DNA from: an uncultured virus (IMG/VR IMGVR_UViG_3300044641_002811) | Taxonomy: Duplodnaviria; Heunggongvirae; Uroviricota; Caudoviricetes | Strand: one strand, 5' to 3' | DNA: 64,000 bases | IMG/VR virus record: IMGVR_UViG_3300044641_002811 | In this document: in pieces, positions 57,159 to 64,000 of the stretch | Layout of the letters: each line of letters starts with the position of its first letter | Numbering within the stretch: position 1 is the first letter of the stretch | Made by a program: the position numbers and the translations under genes | The notes under the pieces: model-generated | What the model saw: the letters and a program-made list of their open reading frames with translations, nothing else | Told to the model about the DNA's origin: nothing | Databases searched by the model: none

Positions 57159-57187
57159 ACTGTATACCAGAGCGGATACAGCGTCAA
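57159..57187 (-). promoter_or_regulatory. sigma70-type early promoter
   Basis: TTGACG-17 nt-TACAGT pointing into the early genes. Confidence 0.7.
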
Positions 57188-57615
57188 GGTTGGTGTGCCA
57201 CTTGTTCTGGTGGCTGCAGATAGGTGATGGATCTGCCCAGCATTCGCGCTGGTTCGCATCGCCTGGGTGCAGTATAGCTACCGATGTGGATAGGACGTGC
57301 TGGAACCGTAATATACTGTCACAATGTGGATGGCAACGGCTGAGATCCGTTGGTATGACTGGTGTTACGAGTTCGTATCAAGGGAAGGCAGAACAGATGT
57401 GTTCACATGACATACGTCTGTTATTGCGAACCATTCTCAATAAGCGATGCCTGCGGCCTATGCTGACGCCTGTTTGGTAGCGTAGCGATACACAACAGCA
57501 CTAGATTTCCTATCTAGTGGCGCCAATACCCCAGGGAAACCGACCCCACACGGGGGAATCTGCGTCCCTGTATAGCGGTAATAGGCTTTTCAAATTTCTG
57601 CCAAAATTTCATCAA

Positions 57616-57688
57616 GGTATAATGAGGTGGGCCAGCGTAGTTGGAGCTACCTGACCCGTGACCAACTCAACCATGGATTGAGCTGATG
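57616..57688 (+). promoter_or_regulatory. -10 box plus structured leader (copy 2)
   Basis: GGTATAAT-GA-GGT-GGGCCAG-C-GTAG-TTGGAG-CTAC-CTGACCC-GTGACCA-A-CTCAA-(7 nt)-TTGAG-CTG-ATG. Confidence 0.6.
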
Positions 57689-57889
57689 AACTCATTCTCA
57701 CGACAACCAAGCAATCAGCAAGGTTTGTCTCCTTTTACAACACCATTAACACGCAAACCAAGCCGTGTAACGGTCACCATTCCATGGTCATTACGACAAA
57801 CATTGGAACAACGAAGTGACAAGGAAGGCAGAAGCCTCAGTAACCTCATCGCTTACCTTTTAGAACTGTCCTCTGAGAAGCCTCTGTAA
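57686..57889 (+). CDS. ribbon-helix-helix (Arc/CopG-like) protein
   Basis: RVTVTIP..LRQTLEQRSDKEGRSLSNLIAYLLE. Confidence 0.8.
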   Translation: MNSFSRQPSNQQGLSPFTTPLTRKPSRVTVTIPWSLRQTLEQRSDKEGRSLSNLIAYLLELSSEKPL

Positions 57890-57894
57890 GCTCC

Positions 57895-58203
57895 TTATTT
57901 CTCATCATACGTCTCAACATACCACGGAGCCGTTAGACGCATCTCAGGGAGGTTTGTAGACGTGTCTGACGGCTTTTCTGTGTAGATTGGAGTGACATAA
58001 TCAGGTGCAGGTGGTTGAAGCGTTTCCCATTCCTTAATCGCTTCATCCAACTCAACCTTCACGCGGTTGTTGATGAGCTTCTCCTCCAACCAAACCAGAA
58101 GACCAAGCAGTAGATGATCTACCCATGGGATTTTTGTCTTCCATGCTTTGTACAGAGCTTTGAACTCATTTAGTCTGAGTCCTTTGACCACATTGCTTTG
58201 CAT
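57895..58203 (-). CDS. hypothetical protein homologous to the phage A frameshift extension
   Basis: LDEAIKEWETLQPP..EMRLTAPW. Confidence 0.7.
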   Translation of the reverse strand: MQSNVVKGLRLNEFKALYKAWKTKIPWVDHLLLGLLVWLEEKLINNRVKVELDEAIKEWETLQPPAPDYVTPIYTEKPSDTSTNLPEMRLTAPWYVETYDEK

Positions 58204-58817
58204 ACATTCGGTACAAACTGATACAGCAAATCTTGAATCTGACCAGCAATCACAGCATGTTCCTTCTGAGTACCATGACCAGTCCTCAGATCACAGTAAT
58301 GCAACCACGACCTAATCGAACCATTCATGTACAACTTAGTCGGAGCTGCCATTGGCAACACTTCTCGTGCACACTCCTTAGCTACCCCGGCTGCTACCAG
58401 TTCTTTGTAGAGACCATAACAGTCAGAGTAAAGACTACCAATCCTGAACTGGAAGTGTTTCTTCAACACATCATCCAGATCATCAATGGAGTTCTGACGG
58501 TTCTTTTCATCTTGTCTCCGTAGCTCTGGGATACCGGCATGTTTCTCTACCTTGGCATACCGTTGAGAGAACTCCTGAAAGGAGAACGACCTATGCCGAA
58601 GGATCTGTGCTGCAATACTCCGTGTAGTCTCAATAGACACACACATGTTCACCATTTCAAATGGAGACCAGTGTTGATGATCAATGAGATACTTAATCAA
58701 CCTAGCACTTGTCTGAGTGTTGGATTGATTGGAAGGATTAGAGACTCTTGCCATGTAAGCAATGAGATCTTCTGCATCAGGAGTGATGTGTACAAGTGAT
58801 GCTTGGTGGATGGTCAT
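58170..58817 (-). CDS. thyX: flavin-dependent thymidylate synthase
   Basis: HWSPFE; RHRSFSFQEFSQRY signature. Confidence 0.95.
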   Translation of the reverse strand: MTIHQASLVHITPDAEDLIAYMARVSNPSNQSNTQTSARLIKYLIDHQHWSPFEMVNMCVSIETTRSIAAQILRHRSFSFQEFSQRYAKVEKHAGIPELRRQDEKNRQNSIDDLDDVLKKHFQFRIGSLYSDCYGLYKELVAAGVAKECAREVLPMAAPTKLYMNGSIRSWLHYCDLRTGHGTQKEHAVIAGQIQDLLYQFVPNVCKAMWSKDSD

Positions 58818-59012
58818 TGGTGGGTAGAATGGTGGTTCTAAGTTGTTGTTATATACACTTGGTGCGGGATGATCTGTTGGTCACTCATTGACCATCTGTA
58901 TCATCCATCACCAGTCTTTTAGAAGGCAGTGAGGAGGTGGTTAGAAGATTGGTTGGATCTGTACTATTGGTACAATCGGGATGTGCTTCCATCGCACATC
59001 AGTACTAACAGT

Positions 59013-59055
59013 AAAAGGGGAGGACTAACATCAGTTGATGTTTGTCTTCCCCCTT
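59013..59055 (-). terminator. long stem-loop after the terminase gene
   Basis: AAGGGGAGGACTAACATCA / TGATGTTTGTCTTCCCCCTT imperfect inverted repeat, with a T run on the minus strand. Confidence 0.6.
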
Positions 59056-59136
59056 CGGGGGTCCGGTCCACCCTTCCATTCCCCCTTATTGATGTCGGAT
59101 CTGCCAAATCCATTGCAGGAGAACGGATTTGAAGGA

Positions 59137-60876
59137 TTAGACCCAAGTTGGTGTTTGTCTTCCTTTAGACCCGCCCCTGGCCTGTTTTCGTTGGTCTAAC
59201 GAGAAGCCCATCACGAGGTGATCTGTAGCACTTTGAGGGTCATCAATAAATGCTTCCAGGAGGTCTTGCCAGTCTTCCATCCGACGTTGTTTGACGGTTT
59301 CATAGGCCGAGATGGACATGGCATCAGTGAAGTATTTGACGCCTTGTGCCAGACTGTCCAATCTGTCGTCATGTTTGACGGCACCCTTTTCACGACACAT
59401 GCGACTCATCTGGTAGAAGAGCATGTACAGGAGTCGTTCCTCAGGTGCTGCGTCTTTATTGGAGCTGTAGTCCCATTCCACTACCGACTTGTCAATGATG
59501 AGCCGATGCTGGTTCATCACGGGTTCTAGGGCATCAATGATGCGGTCTTCCTTACGGACATTGGCACGAACTTCTTCTACGTCAATGGCCTGCTTGGTCT
59601 GTTGGAGATGCTTCTTGAACAGCTCAGCCACGATGCCATCACCGAAGTTGGTCTCAATAAGGAGCTTAGTGACGTTGTACTTCTTACAACCTCTAAGGAT
59701 ATCAAGAAGGGTGTTGTCGCTGTAACCATCACGGTAAGCACGCACTTCATGGACGTACAGGAAGCCGTTCTTCTGTGAGATGTATGTCGCTGCTGTCTCG
59801 TCAGAACCACGACCAGAGGGGTCTATCGAGCAGATGGTCTCGGTGTATGGACTCCATTCCCCTTGGAGTTGCATCGGGGAGTAGAAGTAATCACCCGGTA
59901 GGCCAACCGTAGGCAGATCTTTGAGAACATTACGAGGGTCACTGCACCACACAGCAGCATCCGGCGCTTGAGTCGGATTAACGGAGGTAATGATGAGGTC
60001 TGAGAACTTAAGTGGGAACTTTTCTGCATCACTCAACGTAGTATCCAGCATGAACTGCAACATGAAGTTGCTACGACCCATGGCTGCTTCTCGTTCCAAC
60101 AGGTCATCGGATTGGAAACGGTCAGGGTCTGTTGGAGACCACTCCTCAGCACCCATCTCGATGTCTTCTACGATCTGTGGTGCTAGCAGATTCTCGTATT
60201 GACTGAGCTTGTCCTTACGTGGGTAGCGAGCAGGCCAAACAAATGGTCGGTAGTTACGTTCGGCTAGCTTTCGGTAGATGGTGAAGGTAGTTTGGGGTGT
60301 CCCTAGGTACATAATGCGACTATCCTTCTTCGGTGTGAGGATGGACTCCGCTTCTGTACAGAGCTGCAAGAGCTTCTCCCGCATCATCTCCGTCATCGAG
60401 TTACCAGGCACTTCAATGTCATCGAGAATCATCAGGTCTGCACGAGAACCCGTTAGCTGACCTGTGATTCCAACTGACTTGACTGAGGGTGCTTGGTGAG
60501 GGGAGCAGTTGACATCAAAGCTAATGCGAGACCACCGAGCATCATCCGACTTCGGTCTTAGATGGCTTAGCCAAGGGGTTTCAATAATTAGCTTCTGAAG
60601 AAAGATGGACATGTTATCTGCACGCTCTTTTGAAGCGGAGATGATCATGATCTTCTTTTCTGGGTTGTTGAAGAGTGTCCACAACACAAAGGCACCAGTG
60701 ATCCAGCTCTTACCAACTCCTCGAAAGGCTTGGATCTGTAGTCGTTTTGGTCCTAGTTGGAGGTAATCTGCAATGGCATACTGCGCTCTTGTCGGAGAAG
60801 GCAGATCTAGTTGTTGCCACAGTGCTTGAAGAAAGAGCTTAAAATCGCCCCGTAAAGCCTCTAAAATATCGTTCAC
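59137..60876 (-). CDS. terminase large subunit (gp19-like)
   Basis: AFRGVGKS, GSRAD..DDIE, IDPSGRGSDE, HDDRLD. Confidence 0.96.
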   Translation of the reverse strand: MNDILEALRGDFKLFLQALWQQLDLPSPTRAQYAIADYLQLGPKRLQIQAFRGVGKSWITGAFVLWTLFNNPEKKIMIISASKERADNMSIFLQKLIIETPWLSHLRPKSDDARWSRISFDVNCSPHQAPSVKSVGITGQLTGSRADLMILDDIEVPGNSMTEMMREKLLQLCTEAESILTPKKDSRIMYLGTPQTTFTIYRKLAERNYRPFVWPARYPRKDKLSQYENLLAPQIVEDIEMGAEEWSPTDPDRFQSDDLLEREAAMGRSNFMLQFMLDTTLSDAEKFPLKFSDLIITSVNPTQAPDAAVWCSDPRNVLKDLPTVGLPGDYFYSPMQLQGEWSPYTETICSIDPSGRGSDETAATYISQKNGFLYVHEVRAYRDGYSDNTLLDILRGCKKYNVTKLLIETNFGDGIVAELFKKHLQQTKQAIDVEEVRANVRKEDRIIDALEPVMNQHRLIIDKSVVEWDYSSNKDAAPEERLLYMLFYQMSRMCREKGAVKHDDRLDSLAQGVKYFTDAMSISAYETVKQRRMEDWQDLLEAFIDDPQSATDHLVMGFSLDQRKQARGGSKGRQTPTWV

Positions 60877-60948
60877 GGTAGATTGTACCTAAATAAGAAA
60901 AGAGAGGCGCTACAGACGCTTGTAGCTACCTCTCCGTGCGTTATTGAT

Positions 60949-61815
60949 TTAAGCCATGCCTGACTGACGGCGACGACGCATCCGTTCAGCAAGAGTCATG
61001 CCTTTTTCCGACTTGTTCGGAGATGCAGGGGAAGCAGGCTTTGCAGGTTCTGCTTTACCGCTACCGAATGCCGGACCCATGTATGGCTTACCGTTGGAAG
61101 CAACGTACTTCGACTTGTCTTCCGGTTTGGACATTTTCGGTTCAGCCTTACTACCAGAACCGGTATCACGACCCATGTCCTGACGGAAGCGATTCAGCAG
61201 GGGGTTACCAGAACCACCAACTTTGTCGCGGTACTCTTTCGAGCCTTGATAGAGACCCTTACCGCCATCACGGTAGGTCTCACTCGATGCAGGAACTTTA
61301 CCGGCGGGTTGTGGTACGGGTTTAGGAGACGGCTTAGAGGTACTGGAGCTACTACCAGAGCTGCGAGCAGGTGCAGGACTGCTGGAGCGGCTTGTAGATG
61401 GTGCTGGTGTGGGGTTAGAAGCAGGTGGGTTACCTACTCCCTTAAGGCGTTGACGTTCTTCTTCTATTTGACGATTACGTGCATCGTTGTATTTCTTACT
61501 ACCTGTTGGTACAGTGTAGCGGTCCTTACCACGACCTTTATAGTCTCTGATTCCTTGACTTGATAGTGCAGGTTTAGCATCAGGTTTAGCTGTTGGCTTG
61601 GATGCCTTTGGCTTCTCTGCGTTCCGCACTTCTTTCGGTGTAAGGCGACGACCACTCCGAGCATCAACTTTGTCGGAATATGTTAAGTTATCGGTAATAC
61701 CCTTGCCAATGTAACTTAACTCATTGCCAATCCGCTCTCCAGGACGGACTTCTTTTCCGGTTGCCGTGTTTATCAGAACATCACGACCGTTCCGACGTAC
61801 TGTTTTGTATGCCAT
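60949..61815 (-). CDS. low-complexity basic Pro/Ser-rich protein
   Basis: 288-aa ORF. Confidence 0.7.
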   Translation of the reverse strand: MAYKTVRRNGRDVLINTATGKEVRPGERIGNELSYIGKGITDNLTYSDKVDARSGRRLTPKEVRNAEKPKASKPTAKPDAKPALSSQGIRDYKGRGKDRYTVPTGSKKYNDARNRQIEEERQRLKGVGNPPASNPTPAPSTSRSSSPAPARSSGSSSSTSKPSPKPVPQPAGKVPASSETYRDGGKGLYQGSKEYRDKVGGSGNPLLNRFRQDMGRDTGSGSKAEPKMSKPEDKSKYVASNGKPYMGPAFGSGKAEPAKPASPASPNKSEKGMTLAERMRRRRQSGMA

Positions 61816-61817
61816 AT

Positions 61818-62144
61818 CTAGTTAATGTGTGAAAGAATAAGGTCTTCTCTTTGGGTAATCCCAAATGTTGCTCTCATCCACGAGAGCCAATTATTGCTAC
61901 CTTTTGCCTGATTACACTTCCAACAACTGGGTACGAGGTTTGAAGCAAGGTCTTCACCTCCTTTACATTTTGGTCGTACATGATCGAGTGTAAGTTCTTG
62001 TAAGTCATAAGTTTCTCCGCAATAGACACAACGGCACTCAAAGTGCTCCTTAATAGCGCGTCTCCAAAGACGCTTTGCTTCGGGACTTGTCATTGTGATT
62101 AAGTTTTGGAGGTAGTGATCAGGCGTTGGTAGCAGTGGAGTCAT
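61818..62144 (-). CDS. HNH endonuclease (McrA-like)
   Basis: CVYCG..TLDHVRPK..GG..NLVPSCWKCNQAK. Confidence 0.9.
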   Translation of the reverse strand: MTPLLPTPDHYLQNLITMTSPEAKRLWRRAIKEHFECRCVYCGETYDLQELTLDHVRPKCKGGEDLASNLVPSCWKCNQAKGSNNWLSWMRATFGITQREDLILSHIN

Positions 62145-62401
62145 GTCGCGTACTTCTTGCCAGTACGTGGTCTACGTCGATTTGACGAAGGCTTTTCTTT
62201 TTTGCCGGTGTTGGGGCCTGTATGGGACGCATCCATACCGTCTCCATTACCGTATGTACCCAGTTCTCTGTTCAGTTTGTTTGCATTAGTGCGAATCTTG
62301 AGCCCATCAGCAGTTTTGTTGTACTCTTTCTGCTGTTTAAGTCGCTTAGCGCGTGCTTTTGGGTTCTTTTTGTAGTACTCAGAAGTTTTCATGATTACCA
62401 T
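62141..62401 (-). CDS. small basic protein with degenerate HNH-like motif
   Basis: GDGMDASH..NRRR. Confidence 0.6.
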   Translation of the reverse strand: MVIMKTSEYYKKNPKARAKRLKQQKEYNKTADGLKIRTNANKLNRELGTYGNGDGMDASHTGPNTGKKEKPSSNRRRPRTGKKYAT

Positions 62402-62649
62402 CCAGACCCATATCTGCCTTCAAGAACTCTTTTTATCGTTCGTGGACTGATATTCTTGGTTCTTTCGGCAAACTCAAGAATCCGAGGTATGTCGGTGTCG
62501 TTCATCTTTTCCCACTCACTGCCGCCAATAAGTGGTGTTCTTGGATATCCTGGCACCATTTTGGGAGCAACCTGAGCTGTCTTAGACTTTTCTTTCGACT
62601 GTCTAACCTTCAAGCGCTCTCGTCTTTGCTTTTCAGTTTCTTTTGCCAT
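62395..62649 (-). CDS. hypothetical protein
   Basis: Start MAKETEKQ within ORF 62395-62667. Confidence 0.55.
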   Translation of the reverse strand: MAKETEKQRRERLKVRQSKEKSKTAQVAPKMVPGYPRTPLIGGSEWEKMNDTDIPRILEFAERTKNISPRTIKRVLEGRYGSGW

Positions 62650-62881
62650 ATAACCTCGACTGAACAAGTTCTGGGTCTACTTTTGGCATGATCGTGGCTA
62701 GTTTCTCTAGTGGATTACCGTCGTATGCGACTCCACTGATATCATTCTTGGCTAACCAGTCACATGCAGCCTTTAATTCTTGAGCGGTGGCTTCTCCACT
62801 CTTGATTCGCTTGAGGAATTCAGTGGTAACGAGGTTATGTAACTCGTTAAACATGTCCTCAGTTGCCTTATTCTTAGCCAT
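62633..62881 (-). CDS. terminase small subunit (gp18-like)
   Basis: ATEDMFNELH..RIKSGEAT..LKAACDWL..NDI. Confidence 0.8.
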   Translation of the reverse strand: MAKNKATEDMFNELHNLVTTEFLKRIKSGEATAQELKAACDWLAKNDISGVAYDGNPLEKLATIMPKVDPELVQSRLYGKRN

Positions 62882-63107
62882 TTCTAAGGACGATCTGATC
62901 TAATTTGTTTTCGATGCGGATCATGTGATCCTCCATCTTCTGAAGAGCAGCAGATAGCTCTTGTTTCTGAACGTAGTTCTCAGCTACGCGAAGTTCTACC
63001 TTGTCTACACGGCTATCCACTTCACTGATCTTGGTGTGAAGACGGTTGTGGACTGAGACAATGGCAGTAAATAGAGCAATACCTGCTGCGACACTTGCTT
63101 CAATCAT
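62874..63107 (-). CDS. TM plus coiled-coil protein (holin-like position)
   Basis: N-terminal hydrophobic helix, then heptads ending RIENKLD. Confidence 0.6.
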   Translation of the reverse strand: MIEASVAAGIALFTAIVSVHNRLHTKISEVDSRVDKVELRVAENYVQKQELSAALQKMEDHMIRIENKLDQIVLRNG

Positions 63108-64000
63108 TTTCAGACATCAATCGAATGAGTTTCTCGGGGTAGGCTGGGTCGGTTGCATAGCCTTCCTTTTGAAGAAGACGCGCGCAGTCTTCACGAGACA
63201 CTGCTCGGTTGACGCCTTTGTAGTGTTTGTAGTCTCGATACCAACGATCTACCAGATAGAAGACACAGGTTTGGAGATCAGGGAAGTCAATAAACCCTGC
63301 ACGGATCGTGATCCATTTGCCGTTGACGAACTCTTTGGTTTCACGTTCAGTGCCTGATCCCTTTAATCCGAATGCGTTCCATTTACCAGAAAAATGCTTC
63401 CCGTAGCCTGATTCGAGTGCCCACTGAGCAGCAACTACTTCTGGATACTTTGCTCCAGCAATCTGTGCAGCAGCTTTAACTCCCTTCCAGGTGTTCTCCA
63501 CAGCAGCAATAGGTCGTGTCTGCTGCACTGGCCTGAAGGTCATGAACCAACCAGTCCCTGGACCTTCAACTTCCCAACGCTTTAGCCAGTTACGCCAGGT
63601 ATACTTAACGCTCTTACCACCACGACCAACAGTTACATAGCCGCCGTTGACGTTATCCATCTCACCGTATGGATCGTGGAAGATACCGTGTTCTCCATCG
63701 TCACCAATCAGGAGCATCCAGTGGCCACCACCAACAGGTTTGGAGACGTGACCTTTGTGGAGGATGCCAACAGCAACAGGATAGCCTGCCTTTAGTTCGT
63801 TGAGGAGTGTCTGTCTAGTTCCTTTCTGGTAGAAGGAAGCGAAAACACCGTACTGCTGACAGGCTTTGATTTGACTGGTGGATTGGGTTGTATCACCGTA
63901 TTTGAGAACAGTTCTCAAGTAATCATCATCTGCATTACTACCCTTCAGAGCATCAGGACGGAGATACTTGATGGCCATCGCACATGTCGATGAGAAACAC
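63100..64000 (-). CDS. endolysin: C39-like peptidase then GH73 glucosaminidase (5' end beyond the window)
   Basis: Frame open to the window edge (CFSSTCAM); GHW..HDPYG; AQWALESGYG..NAFGLKG..YATDPAY. Confidence 0.88.
   Translation of the reverse strand, partial: CFSSTCAMAIKYLRPDALKGSNADDDYLRTVLKYGDTTQSTSQIKACQQYGVFASFYQKGTRQTLLNELKAGYPVAVGILHKGHVSKPVGGGHWMLLIGDDGEHGIFHDPYGEMDNVNGGYVTVGRGGKSVKYTWRNWLKRWEVEGPGTGWFMTFRPVQQTRPIAAVENTWKGVKAAAQIAGAKYPEVVAAQWALESGYGKHFSGKWNAFGLKGSGTERETKEFVNGKWITIRAGFIDFPDLQTCVFYLVDRWYRDYKHYKGVNRAVSREDCARLLQKEGYATDPAYPEKLIRLMSEND

Larger units (their letters stand above)
22500..64000 (-). mobile_element. Phage B: T7-like cyanopodovirus, circularly permuted, temperate-type (integrase plus attP)
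   Basis: T7-like gene order with single-subunit RNAP, psbA and integrase. Confidence 0.93.

Noticed and set aside
1..64000. Prophage(s) embedded in a host chromosome
   Set aside because: No host genes, and the phage B attP is intact.

Overview
The window is entirely phage DNA and appears to contain two unrelated cyanophage genomes joined inside a tail-fibre gene near 22.5 kb. Phage A (1 to ~22.5 kb, visibly GC-richer) has a replication module (PD-(D/E)XK exonuclease, HNH, SSB-like protein, Prim-Pol/AAA helicase, dCTP deaminase, family A DNA polymerase) converging on a lysis/tail module (GH73+C39 endolysin, small membrane proteins, tyrosine recombinase, LamG/SPRY fibre). Phage B (~22.5 to 64 kb, almost all minus strand) is a near-complete, circularly permuted T7-like cyanopodovirus. 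It carries early genes, a MarR-like regulator, an integrase with an intact tRNA-Leu attP, RNAP, SSB, endonuclease, primase/helicase, a split DNA polymerase, exonuclease, an nblA-like gene, RNR, portal, scaffold, rlpA, psbA, capsid, tail, terminase, thyX and a second endolysin. The strongest candidates for something new are: (1) a canonical A_AAA_AAG -1 frameshift that would fuse a 46-aa holin-like protein to a domain that phage B encodes as a separate gene; (2) a structured promoter-leader element with covarying stems, present in both phages upstream of unrelated DNA-binding genes; (3) a circularly permuted M23 peptidase in an internal virion protein; (4) a tyrosine recombinase inside a mosaic tail-fibre module that bridges the two phages; (5) microproteins and domain-swapped lysins shared by both phages. 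All assignments come from reading motifs by eye; no searches were run.
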